A stretch of 64,000 nucleotides of DNA from contig MNCI01002485.1 in assembly GCA_015680685.1 (NCBI GenBank), positions 525,052 to 589,051 on the forward strand, written 5' to 3'. This DNA comes from Gnetum montanum. Lineage: Eukaryota; Plantae; Gnetophyta. The notes below the pieces were generated by a model. It saw nothing but the letters and a program-made list of their open reading frames with translations, did no database searches and was not told the origin of the DNA. The translations under genes were made by a program, and so were the position numbers. Of the stretch, positions 1 through 42,581 are shown one piece after another; positions within the stretch are counted from its first letter, which is position 1; every line of letters starts with the position of its first letter.

Positions 1-39
1 TTTATTTATACTACATTAGATCTAATAAATTAGATATAG

Positions 40-410
40 AAGCTCACTATCTCTTAGCTGCTATTCTCATAAGTATCAAAATGCTATTAGCAAGCTTCAC
101 TTAAGTTCTTATCATCTTAAAATTGAAAGTGGAAGCTAGATTTAACTCTCCCAAGAAGAGCACATTTGTAGGTTGTGCATATCAAAAACCCTTAAAGTTG
201 AGTTACATGCATTTCTTTCTTGTGGTATGACTATCCATTTGAGATAGTATTATAACATTATAACAAAAAAACCTGTATGATTTTTTTTTATGTGCCCATT
301 GGTGCTTAGCCAAATTGTAGATTCTATATTTATTTTTCATGAACATGTAATATCTATCCAATAGATCCTATGGGTCTTTAGATGTAATAAAATTTCATTT
401 CATTTCTTCT
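40..410 (+). mobile_element. 3' fragment of an RTEX/L2-like non-LTR retrotransposon
   Basis: Decayed SSxHLKIExG...CRLC...ELH.FLSC zinc-finger region and a (TTTCA)n-like tail; homologous to 15562-15860. Confidence 0.55.
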
Positions 411-2593
411 AATATCTTTCGTAAGGATAATCATAAATATATAAAATGAAGTTATTTTCTTGGAATTGATCATCCATTGTCTTTGCACATAACTTTTAAT
501 ATTTTTAGTAAATTATAAGAATAGGTGGCAATAGTTTAATTCATAAATTAAAATGAAATAATTTTATTATATTTACATAATTGTAATTAATATTTTGTAA
601 TCACCATCTAACTTTCTGTTAACTATATTATGAGTGTAGTTCTTTTCCACCATTCATCTAAATGTGAAATTTAACATTAATTTCTAAATTTTAATATTAA
701 TTTTTATTCTTGTATACCAAATATTTTTTAACACTACCTCTTTATTGTTTTTCATTTACTTATTTTGTCCTATACACTTATAGAGTTTTCATTAAATCCA
801 AATATCATTTACATTGGCATTCAAATCTCATGATTTTTTTAAAAGAAAGATCATTTCATTTGTTAAAATTTTATAAGCCAAGTTTGTAACTATTTCCTTG
901 CAATGGGTTGTATTGCTACTCTGAATTTGCAATATAAATTTCTAATTCACACTTTCCTTAATAAGCTAGCTCTTATTGTTAGGATAAAGGTATATGATGA
1001 TGTATGCGACGTGATAGGTTGATTTTTCTTTTGAAAATTGCTACCTATTCATCATTTTTGTCAAAATAGATATTACCTAATGAAAGATCATAGGCATGTT
1101 TAATAGGGTTCAACTATAATCATTGGTAAGGTCTCAACAAAGATGTAAGAAAATAAAGTATATGAAATGATAATTCTAATGACAAGCAAAGAAAAACAAC
1201 TTACAATAAAATTGAGATTTGGATTATAACTCAAATTCCTAGGGTCTTAAATAATCAAGTTTTGGATTTCAATTTTTCATAGTTTTACTATAAAACTAAT
1301 TGGCTTAAATGTTGAAAAAGGCATTTGAGGGAAAAATGAGTGGGAGAACGGGAGGTGCTGGGAGTGCATATGGCAACGTTGAAACCATTAGCATAAGCCT
1401 ACCAGGTGGGAAATCGGGGTTGGGGTCCCGAGGGGGGATCTTGGAGGATGGGTGGGGACTGTAAGGAGCTCAAACAATAGCATGGTTGGGGATGCAAAGG
1501 CATCAACTAGGAGGGGGGGTCTATTGTGCAATCAGGAGGAGAGGCAGGGTTTGAGGCTTACTCACAAGAGGGGGGAACAATGCAACTTAAGGTGGAACGT
1601 CCACTGGAGGAGGTGCTACAAGCTTTGAAGCTATGCATGTTGGTGAAGTTTGCCTCAAAGGGTGTGCACCCTAGAATGGATCTTATTAGGCACTAGGCTA
1701 AGGTGGCTTGGGGGTTGGAAGATGTGTGGATGTGAAGCCTACCTGACAATAGGCTATTTTTTGCATTCAATATAGAGGAGGATACAGAGCACATGTTGTT
1801 GGGGGGGACCATGGTTTTACAAGGCTTGGGATTTGACACTTGCACCATGGAGGTCGAGGGCCCATCGAGATGCAAATCTCTTTGATAGGCTACTAGTTTG
1901 GATTAGAATTTTGGATTTGCCCCTAGAGTTTTGGATTTTAGGGTTTCTAAAATCGCTAGCCAGTCTACTTGAAGAATTTATTAAATTTGATGCCTTCAAT
2001 GCATTGATGGAAAAAATGGGATACACATGTTTCTATGTTTGGAGGTCATTGGAATCTGAGGATTGCATCAGTGAAATGGTTTTGGAGATGGAATTTGGGA
2101 AAAAGCAGATAAGGGTTCAGTTTGAGAACTTGTTGGTGGTGAAATAGGTGCATATGGAGGTGTTAACTGTTGCATGTGCAACCTATGGAAAGGGACATTT
2201 GATGAAGGACTACTAGGTTAGGATGAAGGAACCACCACCCAAGCCATAGGGTCAGTGGAACCTTGTTAGGAAAAAAGGGCACGTGGTTAAGATGGCACTA
2301 TAGGGGGCTAGGTGAAGGTTGGGCCCAAGGTACCAACAATTGATAGAGAAGCAATGGCATCACATAGGGTGGGTGGAACCTTGTTAGGAAAAAAGGGCAC
2401 ATGGTTAAGATGGCACTGTAGGCAGGCTACGTGAAGGTTGCGCCCAAGGTGCCAACGACTAACAAAAGTATCACTCAAGAAGGCTTAAGACTTGCCGCAG
2501 GAATGAGATCTAGTGACAAGGGAGAAGGAAGTGCTAATGAAGGGAGAAGCACGATTGGGGAGTTTTTGTGTTAGTGTAGGAGGGGAAGATAGC

Positions 2594-3454
2594 TAATGAG
2601 TCCTAATATCGAACCTCTATTATCAGACCCCATGATATCAGGTACCTGATATCACAGCCTAGAAACGATATCAGATACACTATATCGTGACTCCTGTATG
2701 AGCTTATAAATACACATTTGGGTGCATAGGAAGACACAGTAAATTTTAGAGTTAGTTAGTGTTAGAGTATAGTATTTTTGTCATTTTTTTAGTTCCTCTC
2801 AATCCTTTCCTCAGTGCATGCCCATAGTGTGATGATTGTAATTGTACAGAACCTTTATTTGAGTGTGACGTACTTGGACATGCACATGACCGGCAATAAA
2901 GATCCAAATTACTTCATCATTGTAGCATTCACTTAGTTTTAATTGCTTACTATTATTGTTATTTATCACTTTCTTAATTAATATTTCTCTACCCTCATTT
3001 TCTACCCCTATTATCAAACACAAAATGAGTACGACTTAATCATGAGCAGTTAAGTGTGACTACTTGGTATCCCAATAGCATACCTAGGACATGCACTTGG
3101 TAATCCTAGTAGTAGTACATGAGGTCCAAGATGTGTACTGATGATTAAGGATAGATGCTCATCGTACTTAGGCTAGCTTAGATTCTCTTCTCCCTTTTCT
3201 TCTTATCAAAAAAAAAAAGGTTATTTTCCATTGTCCCTAGGAGTAGCATAGTGATAGGAAACACATCATACACCTCACTCTAGACTAAACCATATGTGAC
3301 AAAGCAAATACTAGTCCAAGTGGGAAGATAGTGAACTACGATCAACAAGTAACTATCTAGATACCACAACTAGCTCGTCTACAGAGTTCAACCGAATCGT
3401 GTGTGAATGCTCGTATTCGTATGGTTGAGTGTAGGGGTACATCACCACTCATCA
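2594..3454 (+). repeat. 5' LTR (861 bp)
   Basis: TAATGAG...CTCATCA inverted ends (TG decayed to TA); aligns with 7728-8441. Confidence 0.88.
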
Positions 3455-3455
3455 T

Positions 3456-3473
3456 TGGCACTATTGCTAAGGA
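3456..3473 (+). promoter_or_regulatory. Primer binding site (decayed tRNA-Asp type)
   Basis: TGGCACTATTGCTAAGGA directly after the LTR end; resembles TGGCGCCGTTGCCGGGGA. Confidence 0.7.
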
Positions 3474-3797
3474 CGGTGCTAGTTATTTAGATTAGTTACA
3501 TCATCCCAAATTGCGGTAACGAAGCATTCACGATATATCTCTTAGAAAATAATTTAATTTCAATTAAGTCACACACAATTCACAACAATGTCTCTCTCAC
3601 AAGACTATGACAATGCAACAACTAGTAAGGCAATTCATTGGAGAACCAAAAAATTATATGATGATGAAGATGAAGTTTGGAGTACTCAATCTGATGTAGG
3701 GGTCTCCTATGTACATAAACAAAGACAACATCATCCCAACTAACAAACTCATAATCTACCTAGTGATGATGAACCCCTACTAGCCACTAAGAGCCTA

Positions 3798-4400
3798 ATG
3801 CATATACAAGAGGCTATTCGAATATCCCACAAGCATCGTAAGGAAAGTCGTCTACCTAGGCTTTATTTAAACAACTTTCCTAAGTTTTTAGGAGGTTATG
3901 ATTTAGATTTGCAACATCATTTACAAGCCTTCCAAGATGCCTATGTATGGAACAATATTGATAATGGATGGCAAAAACTTAAGCTCTTCCCTATGATACT
4001 CTTTGGCCAAGCAAAAGTATGGTACAATTCCTTAAGAAAAAAATCAATTTGACGTTGGCCGACAATGGTAGAACTTTTCAATAAAAGATGTCAAACCTAT
4101 GTAAGAGTGTCAGCCTTGAGGAAACAAATCCAAGAGTGGAAAAAAGTGCAAAATGAACCCTTGGACATGGCTTTAGAAAGATATTATGCATTATTAAATA
4201 ATTGCCCAGGCCATGGATTCTTCGAGGAAAGGCTAATGTATCACATCATGGATGGGCTCCGTAATGAAATAAGGGAGACCCTAGGTATGTATGCCCGAGG
4301 TCAACTATATGAGCTATGAACCCACTAATTCCAAGAGCTTATTAAGTGGGTAGCAAAAGAAGAAGGAGAAATGGCTAAATGGGAGAATGCTGAAAGCTCT
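3798..4400 (+). pseudogene. Retrotransposon gag remnant
   Basis: PKFLG..D...HLQAF, LKLFP..L.GQAKVWYNSL, Q..NE.L..A.ERY..LL..CPGHGF. Confidence 0.85.
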
Positions 4401-5773
4401 CAATAGGACCAAAATATTAAAATAGCAAAGGTCCATAATCATGAAGAGGAGAAATCAACTCACCTTAATAAGGTGGAATCATCTTTGTTAATACTACAAT
4501 CACTAGATGAAATTGAGGCAAAGATCAATAAGATGACGGAATGGATACATGAAAAATGTGGAGAATATGCCAACACTATTAGAGGTAGAACCATGATGAA
4601 CCAAGAAGCAGGACAGAACACCCTTAGACAATTGGAAAGAAGGGTTGAAAAGAATAAGAACTCAACTGCTAATCATATGTATCAATGTATGATCACCTTG
4701 AAGGTCAATGCCCAATCTTGTCACATTTACATGAGCATTGGGGAAGAATGGTACATCTAGAGTTCATACAAAAATACTATGTTTAATCACAATGACAAAA
4801 ATCCCAGTCATGGGGGAGGCCACCCAAAAATTGGTCATACCCTTCATATCATTCGAACCCAAGCACTTATCAGGTTCAACATCCTAGTTCCCCAATTAGG
4901 TCAACATCCTCTACCTCACCACATCATTATCATTCTCCTAAATACTATCAACCCATGTCCTCTTCCACAAGATCACCACCTCATGTTCCTTATACTTCTC
5001 CTTACCCTCAATATTCTCATCCTTCACCTCCTTCTACATCGCCACCAATTGTGCCTGAAGGATTTGCACCACAGCATTGACCCACGAACATTACTTGTGC
5101 TGCTACTGTTAACTGCAGTGGGAATCCTCCACAACATTGAAGATATCCCTTCTTTAGACATGACCATAGAAAGCGACAGCACAGTTCTGAGACCACTACA
5201 TCCTCCAACTCAACACAAGTTCAACACTATGATGCATCTTCCTCCGCAAATACAACACCTCATGTTATCTTATCAGGGCCACCAATCAACACTCCAACAA
5301 CCATGTGGCCCAATGAATATAGCAACGTAGGGAGACATATCGATCCTTGCATACCATCTTATGGCCAAGGGTGTCATAGTGGGTTAGCTCCATATCAATT
5401 AAACTCATCTTCTAACTTTCCCCACTATGTCAACTTTAATACAGTGTGTGCACCCCAATTTGGGTACATTCCAACCACGACATCAAAAGGTACCCAGTGG
5501 TTTGGATATGATTGGGTCCCAATATTTCCAAAATGCTTGGATCTAAACCTTCCATTTATTAATTCTCACCATAATCAAAAGTTTAGTTATGGGGGATATC
5601 CCCTATTCTAACAAGCAGAATTAATAAATATTTTTCCTTTTCTTTAATTTTACAATTTTTTGTTTTCTAGTTTTTCATCTTTCAATTTATTGTTTTATCT
5701 TTTTTATCTTTTTATGGGTAATCTCATCTATGAATAAAACACTCATGTGACTCATTGGTTGAGGTGTTGTTCT

Positions 5774-6685
5774 ATGTTATCAAGTCTCAAGTGACTAATT
5801 ACTTGGATAGCAAGCCCACCACATCCACGCAACCATTTTATTAATAAGAGGTTCTACTCTGGGTATGATGATATTCTTGTCATCATGAAAACTTAAAAGT
5901 AATTTTGTGCTCATTATGCCCAGAGCGAAAAATGATGGACTAAGAGGGAATGGCCAAGATGCAACATTAAGGAGACTTGTGGATTCTCTTTGGTAACATC
6001 TATGAGAGTTATCATGCAACTTGGTTGTACTAATATCCTTGTAGATCTAATGACAAATGGGAGTAAGAGTAATAAAGGCACTTAATAAAGAAACCCAATC
6101 GTATTCTAAGGGGTCCCACTAGAAAGACATGCACCCATGCCTAAAGGTAGGTGGCTTCTTTGGATTACTTCAGAAAAAAAAAGAGAAAGTGTGCCAAAGC
6201 GGTTAGACAAAAACAAATGTGCTACAAAGAAATTCCAAATCACTCATCCTTTGAACGAAATAGCAAGTGATCGTATGCCTTACTGTCATGATGCTCTTAT
6301 GGTTGTCCATCATGGGATGAAACAATGCGATGTCACTAATCGGAGGAATGGACTTGGTCTTGATTTTCGAGTGACGAGCTAATGACACATTAATCATGCC
6401 CTACACTCAAGATTCATTGTGCCCTGGGTCAGTTACCTCACATCCCAATTTCTGCAATCCCTTCTTTGATTCATCCCATCTTGCTATTCATGTATTTGTA
6501 ACCCATGTCTTGTGTAGCATTGAATTCCTACCTCATCACAGTAACATCAACATGTGCGTGTTTTATTGCATCGGTGTAGATTACATTTAACTCTTCTAGT
6601 ACCTATGGACATTTTAAGATGTGGTTAAGAAAGGGTATTATAGGTAGGAACCTACTATGGGGAGGACCCACTTGCGTAACTTTTG
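5774..6685 (+). pseudogene. Decayed Cys-rich extra ORF in the env-like position of the LTR element
   Basis: Conserved with 26078-27015 at peptide level, with synonymous differences. Confidence 0.5.
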
Positions 6686-7727
6686 TAATTTGCACTTTGT
6701 GCACATCACCATGTCATTTTATACCCTTCAAGTACTTATTGTCAAATCTATTATTTCCTTTGTCATCATTTTATCAAACATTCCTCAAAACCATTACACA
6801 TCCTTTTATGTGTCACCTAAACAAATTAGGTTTGACATTAAACTTTTAGGGCAACTTCCTTGAAAAAAATTTCTAACTCTAAAATCACACTAAGCAAATA
6901 ATTCAACATTTATTAAAGGCAATGAGTAAGGTATGAAATAATTGAACTTCTTTCAACAACGTTACTAACAATTAATCTTTGTGTGATTATAGATGGCCCC
7001 TAAAAGAGGATAATGAGGACCTTCTCAAGGTGCAACTGAATACCAAGGGGAAGGAAAAGGCCAAGGATCTCATACAGAACATGCAGAGCAGGAGGCATAA
7101 TCATTCAGCATCCATCAAGGAACCCCTGTCGCTACACAATCTTGTCGAGAAAAAGGTGGAGAGGTCAAGGCCCAAGCCTATGAAGAGGAACAATGGCTAT
7201 TCGTAGCATGGCATGTCAAGGCCAGTTAAGTGTTCTCACAGCTACCATGTCCATGGGAAGTCCCGACTCCATCAAATATTGGAACATTAGCATAGATAGC
7301 TCATAATCCTCAAATAGAAGAGGAGAAACGTCAGGCACTTTTTCAACGGTGTCAATCTTAGAAGCCTAGAGTGCAAGACAAAGGAAAGGCACCCATGGAG
7401 GAGTCACCACCACCAGGAACCACATGAGCTCCACAAGTTTTGTATTTTGTGTTTGTGTCCAAATTTTGTTTAATCCCACACTGCAGCATGAAATAGTCCA
7501 TGGTCATTCAATAATCCCATACCTATCCACTATTTGTAATTGAATGAACTTATTCCTCACTTTGTTTGACTCAANNNNNNNNNNNNNNNNNNNNNNNNNN
7601 NNNNNNNNNNNNNNNNNNNNNNNNNNNNNNNNNNNNNNNNNNNNNNNNNNNNNNNNNNNNNNNNNNNNNNNNNNNNNNNNNNNNNNNNNNNNNNNNNNNN
7701 NNNNNNNNNNNNNNNNNNNNNNNNNNN

Positions 7728-8441
7728 AGTAAGTTTTAGAGTCAGTTAGTGTTAGAGTAGAGTCTTTTTGTCATTTTTTAGTTCCTCTCAACCCTGTCCT
7801 CAATGCATGCCCTCAATGTGATGATTGTAATTGTACGAAACCTTTATTCGAGTGTGGCGTACTTGGACACGTACATGAATAGCAATAAAGATCGAGATTA
7901 CTTCATCATTGTAGCATTCACTTAGTTTTAATTGCTTACTAGTATTGTTATTTATCGCTTTCTTAATTAATATTTCTCTACCCTCATTTCCTACACTTGT
8001 TATTAAACGTGGAATGAGTACGACTTAATCATGAGCATTTAAGTGTGACTACTTGGTATCCCAGTAGCATACCTAGGACATACGCTTGGTTATCCTAGTA
8101 GTAGTACACAAGGTCCAAGATTTGTACAGATGATTAAGGACATATGCTCATCGCACTTAGGCTAGCTTAGATTCTCTTCTCCCTTTTCCTCTTAGCTTAA
8201 AACAAAGTTATTTTCCATTGTCCCTAGGAGTAGCATAGTAATAGAAAATACATCATACACCTCACTCTAGACTAAACCATATGTGACAAAGCAAATATTA
8301 GTCTAGGTGGGAAGATAATGAACTGCGATCAACGAGTAATTATCTAGATACCACAACTAGCCCATCTACGGAGTTCGACTAGATCAAGCGTGAACACTTG
8401 CATTCGTATGGTTGAGTGTAGGGGTACCTCACCACTCATCA
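7728..8441 (+). repeat. 3' LTR (its start lies in the N gap)
   Basis: Direct repeat of about 2738-3454. Confidence 0.88.
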
Positions 8442-11400
8442 ATAGTGCAATCACCTCGCACTCTAGTGGGCACACTGTCATCCATGCCAGAGGTGCAAAA
8501 TGTGGAGTTTCCTCCTTTGAGGGATTAGATTACATTGGGTAGAAGGTCCTCTCGACCAAAGGTTGTAGACTTGGATTTCATGCCTAAGATAGAATCGAGG
8601 TTGGGGATGGTCATGGGGTGGCCGATGGAATGTAAGGTGGGCCAATCAGATGCATTGGTGGTAATGAAGAAACTGGACATCAATTTGGGAATGCAAAGGA
8701 CTCTGAAGGAGGTGTACCACAGATGAATATTTGTTTCTCCATGAAGATTCTCTCCTAAAATTGCAAGGCACAGGGTACCCCATACAAAAGAAATACCCTA
8801 AGAATGATGGTTTGAATTGAGGGATGTGACATGGTGTGCTTGCAAGAGATGAAGTTGCATGTGGTTGAGGTAAGGTTGCTGTGGTGGGAGGGTTGGAATC
8901 TACTAATTGTTCCATGCAAGGGACGTGCAGGGGGGCTGACCATTCTATCGAAGCTCTCGATGGTATTGGTTGATGACTCTTAGTGGACCCAAACCGTTCA
9001 ACTAATCCAGGAACGTATCTAGTTGACTAATGTCTATGAGGTGTAGAGTTGGGAAGTGCAGCTACAGGAGTGAAGTAAGTGGCATAGGTGGTCCTTATCA
9101 GTGATTTTAACTAGCATCTATACCCATGGGAAAAGACTAGTGTAGATGCTACAGATCCACCTGGAAGTGTGGAGTTTGCTAATTTTCTTCAAGACTACAA
9201 TCTAGTGGACCTAAACATCGAGGGCTACAGATTTACCTGAAGCAATAGAGGATAGGTTTCTTATGAAGTTTAGTCTAGGATTAATAGGATGTGGATGAGT
9301 ACAAGGTTGTTATTAGAGTTGGATGTTTAGGTTTTGGAGTAGAAGCAACAAGCATTTAATCATAGATCTATTTTGTGTCAACTATGTTCTAGGCAAAGTC
9401 TAGCTCCCAAACCATTCCAGTTGAACGTACATGGTTGAGCAAGCCTTGGTTACACCCTCCAGTTCAAGAAATTTGGCAGAGTTACTCCAATGTCCACGAA
9501 CTGAGGGATTTTCTGAAAAGGGGGCTATATTTGGTGAAGCAAAGAATCAAAGTCAAAACTTCAAAGGAGAAGTATGGATTTAGGACCTACAATCAGCGGT
9601 TGCAAACTAGGATCTAGAAGATACAAGTGTTGTAGGAAATTAGGGCCAACCTTGCAAATGAGGAGCTAGAGGTGCTAAGTGAGTTGCAGAAGTTTGATAA
9701 AGAGGAAGAAGGCTATTGGCGGTAGTAAGCTCAGGTGTCTTGGCTGTGAGACAGGGACTAGAACACTTGATTCTTTTTTGCTATGGCTAAAGGTAGGGGG
9801 CAACAAAGTAGAAGCTTCAACATTTGGTCATAGGCAAGGTAGGTGACAGGCCGAGAAGAGGGAAGCAAGTGCCTCAAACACTGTAGATGTATTAGGGAAA
9901 CATCTAGCACAAGAGAGATATGGAGAGAATTTTGATTCAGGTGCAACAAATTATAACAAATGATGAGAACTAGCAACTGATGAAGCTATTCTCCAAAATG
10001 GAGTTGGCCACGACATTGAGGTCAATGCAGACCAGTAAGGCACTTGGGCCCAATGGGTGGCCTATTGAATTCTTTAGGGAGTTTGATGATATTTTGGGGG
10101 AGACTCTACTAGATGTCTTCAATAGAATGCTTAGTTGGCAACAAGTTTGTAAAGAAATCAACTGCTCATGGATTGTCCTGTTGTCATCTATGCTAGGGCA
10201 TTTTAGGCCCATCGATGTTTGTAATACCTTACTATGATTATTTTTAAAAATGCTCATATTTCGATTGGCACCATTGATGGGGAAGCTTATAGGAGAACAT
10301 CAAGCATGGTTTGTTAGGGGTTGTTTCTTGCAAGATTAGGTCCTACTATTGCAAGAGACCTTGCACTTGTGGCAATCAGGATTCCTGACATGTTCATTCA
10401 ATTAGACATCACCAAAGCCTATGACACAATAAGCTAGGCAGCATTGCAAGAGATTATGCTCCTTAAAGGTTTCAATACTGAGTTTGTTAATCTTTGTATT
10501 TAGATGTAGCATTCCAACAAATACTCTTTTGATATTGATGGAAGGTTATGGGGGTTCTAGGCACTAGAGAGAGGATTGTGGTAAGGAGACCCGTTGTTGC
10601 CTCTATTGTTTATCTTAGTTATGGATTTACTGAAGGCTTACTATATTGCCGAGGGGATGCAAGGATTGTCTATTGATGGGATCCATTGCTTTGTTGCCCA
10701 TTAATGATCCTACAGGCTGAGGCACTCAAGAAGGTGTTGCAAAGGATGGAATTAGAGTTGAGTCTCGAAATTAACAATGGAAAGTCCTCACTGCATTTTG
10801 CCAATACCAAGAGGCCAATGGGAGCAAGGATTGTGCAGGTGCTCAGCATTCTACTTGGTGGGCCATAGGATTCATATTTGGGGATACCAATTTTTGATTG
10901 GCATCTAAAGCGTACATGGTTGGGGTTGGTGGAGAGACTAAGAGTGAAGACGATGAATAGGAGTAATAGGTTCCTATCTTGAAAAGGGAAGATGTTGCTA
11001 GCATCGACGATGCTCATGGCTACAACCTGCTATGGCATCTATGGCTATGCTGTCGTTCGAAGTGTTTCAAAAAATTGATCAAATAATTCAACAGTTTGTT
11101 TGGTTGGGAGAAAAAGGGGGGAAGAAGCTACACTTGGTTTGTTGAAAGTTGACAACATGTCCAAAATTAGTGAGGGAAATTGAGCTATTGACTTTCCAAG
11201 ATGAGGTTAAACTAGGTACACAATGCCTAGTTAATAGGTTCCTGGAGCAAGAGGTTGGACAGGCACCATGGATGAGGCTTTTGTAGCAGAAGTATCAAAG
11301 ATGGGAGGTTGACGCTAGGAGCTCACATCTCTAGAAAAATATCTACTAGCATGTGCAAGAAATGGAGACCAAGGCACTGCTTGGTAAACCTTTGTCAGAA

Positions 11401-13381
11401 GTGATCAAGAGCTTGCATCCATTGCCAATGGGGTGGAACAAGATTTAGAAGGGGAGGTTGCCCAAGAAGATCAAGGCATTCAACTAGCTTATCTAGCATA
11501 AAGCACTGTAGGTGCAGACACTCTTAAGAGTGTTGGGAATAAATGTAAACACCACTTGCCCTCTTTGTTTAGCAGTGACTAAGACGATTGAGCATTTTAT
11601 TTATCAATGTGAGTTTATGCAAGAGGTTTGGAAGGTGACAGAGATTGGAACTCTACTTAACATCAATGGAGATTTCAAAGCGCTGGCTATTTTATGGCTG
11701 GGATGGAACAGCAGGAATCACCTAATTTTTTGTGAACAAAGGTTACCTACACCTCTTTCTATTACTCAAGCTGACAATTATTTGCGAGTCGTAGTGGATC
11801 ACAACATGGAACAATGATGGACCTTCGAACCTATTGTCATAGAGTTTGTAGGGGATGTGGAGCTATGGTAGATGATAGAGAGGATGGGATGGGTGAACAT
11901 GCTCCAACACATGGAGGGGAAGCCAAGGCTATCGACAAAGAGCTTATTCGACAACTAGGTTGGGGATGAAACCAGATTTAGGGGTAGATGGATTAGGATT
12001 ACTAAGATAGTGTTGGAGAAAGATGTTGGGTGTGTCGACAGAAGGGGAACTTACTACCCCAACAATCCATACTCATATGTATGTTGTTGAGCTCTTTTGA
12101 GGTGCGATTCTGCAGACAACTAGTGGGCACATTCGTAAGAATAAGATGACAAGGGTATGGCAGAATGCAACAATGTTTGTTGACTGGTACTTCATGCAAT
12201 CCAGGTCCCGCCATAGACTTGTGAGAGTTCATTTTGTGTTTCTGTTGTGCATGAGGCATGGTATTTGGATTAACCTTGATTTTTTCTAAATTCATTACAC
12301 CAAAAGCGGTTTAGGCTACACTTGAGAGGAACATTAGCTCTGTGGAGGTTGGGGTAGATAGAAATCCTTGTGTAGTTAAGGGTGGAAGCTAGACTAGTTC
12401 ATTAAAGGCGACAATGGCAAGCCATGCAAGGGCCTTAGCTCATGGCAAGGCATTGGGGGATGGCAAGAGGGGCTACAGCATCTAGCAACAATGTGCAAAT
12501 TGAGGGGCACCAGGCTTCGAAAGGGGTGCAGCGAACTCATGATACACTCTCGACGAATTTTCAAGAAAGGATGAACAAGGTTTGTCAACGTGCGGTGAAG
12601 CAGGCGAGGAGAGAGGAGAGGGTAGAGTGGCAACCTCAATGAGAGAAGATGCAAGCAATAGTCCAAAGGGAGGTAGATCTCCAATGGGTTAGAGACCTGT
12701 AGCTAATGGAGGACCTATTCGAAAGGCATAACATGGAATACACACAAATGATGGAAGCACATAGGAGGTAATCTACAGTGGTTTTAGAGGATGTTGCCAA
12801 GGATAACACAAATGGTTATTGAAAGGGATGTAGACCAAGGTGCAACATGAGAAGTTCAAACAACATCGAGACAAACATCATTGGAGACATCTCATACAGA
12901 GGGGTCGAGGGTCGAGGACTAGGTCGCAAGGGCCAATTTGACAAGAGAACTAAAAGGGTAATTCCAGGTGCATGGGGTGGGGGACGTGTGGGCTGGGTCT
13001 AGGCGACATGTGAGCTCTTGATCAAGACCCTGTGTTGGTTGGTCACAGTTGGAGTTTTGGGGAGGGGTTTGTATTTTTGTTGCAACCCTACAATTGGTTT
13101 TGTTTATTTGGGGTAAGGGGAAGAAATGCAAGGATTGTTGTCCTATTTTGAATGCATGCTCCAACCTAGGCTTTTTGCCACTATACATACATTTTTTCTT
13201 GGGCTAATGCATCTCAACTTATTCTCGAAAAAAAAACATTATCAATAGATATTTTATATGTTAAATATAAATTCAATTTCAACATACAACATAACTAATC
13301 ATCTTTACATGACTTGCAATCAAATTTACCATTGCATAAATACAATTTCATGAAGAATCATACATAGTTTCACATAACAAA

Positions 13382-13480
13382 GAGTTATTAGCTTAGTTGT
13401 AAAAGCCTTGACATGGAATCCTTAGATCACAAGTTTAATTCTAGTGAAGAACACTTAAAAAGGAATTCTAAAACTGAATT
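13382..13480 (+). mobile_element. tRNA-derived SINE, 5' portion
   Basis: TTAGCTTAGTTGTAA A-box and decayed B-box; similar to 18599-18795. Confidence 0.55.
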
Positions 13481-14071
13481 CAGCTTCAAAACTAAAATGT
13501 TACGCTTCAAAACTAAAATGTTACGCCTATAACCAGAGGATATCAACTTAAACGTAAACAAGTAAATCCAAAGGGTTAGCATTGAACTTCTCAGATTATT
13601 TGGCTCTTAAAATAATTGAAGCCCCAAGGATTTTATCCTTTTTTTTACACTTTTCCCCATTCAAATACCTTATTTTAGCTTGATCAGAGATTGCACACAA
13701 TAATATAATCTAAATGTAATTTCTTTTAATATAACGATCTTATTTGATATCTGCTTTTGTCAAAGCTGAGCTGTAATATTATTATCACCACGATCCATAG
13801 CAATGAATATGATTGCTATAAAATCTAAATGTGTAACCTCATATTTTCCTCCCCACCTATTTACTACTCTCTCCAAAGTGATGGCTAAAATCATTTAGTC
13901 AACTTTGTTTTCTATATTATAATAAAGATATATATGTTTTTCTATATTATAATAGTCTTTCTATATTATAATAATTGTCTATGTTATAATAATCTTTGTT
14001 AGGGTCTATTCTCAAACATGAATGGAACAGTATAAACCACTACATGATTTATAATTTCCTGGAAGGGAAGA

Positions 14072-42581
<28,510 letters not shown>

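Larger units (their letters stand above)
2594..8441 (+). mobile_element. Athila-like Ty3/gypsy LTR element, non-autonomous (gag remnant, no pol seen)
   Basis: Two LTRs ending CTCATCA; TSD ATAGC/ATAGT (2589-2593, 8442-8446); PBS TGGCACTATTGCTAAGGA resembling the Athila tRNA-Asp PBS; gag LKLFP...AKVWYNSL. Confidence 0.85.
1327..13236 (+). mobile_element. L1-clade LINE copy A, full length, old, interrupted by an LTR element at 2594-8441
   Basis: ORF1 from ATG 1336 with a DUF4283-like region (WIRILDLPLEFW). ORF2 from 8741: endonuclease, RT (LDITKAYD), zf-RVT (CPLC...EHFIYQC, LWLGWNSRN), then the C-terminal extension. Ends TTCTCG-polyA at 13228-13236. Many stops. Confidence 0.9.

Noticed and set aside
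2250-2460. Tandem duplication of about 119-bp period in copy A ORF1
   Set aside because: Real, but not seen in copy D; no evidence of function
3130-3180. Hammerhead ribozyme core (CTGATGA) in the LTR, as in retrozymes
   Set aside because: No GAAA core follows the stem, and the second LTR reads CAGATGA
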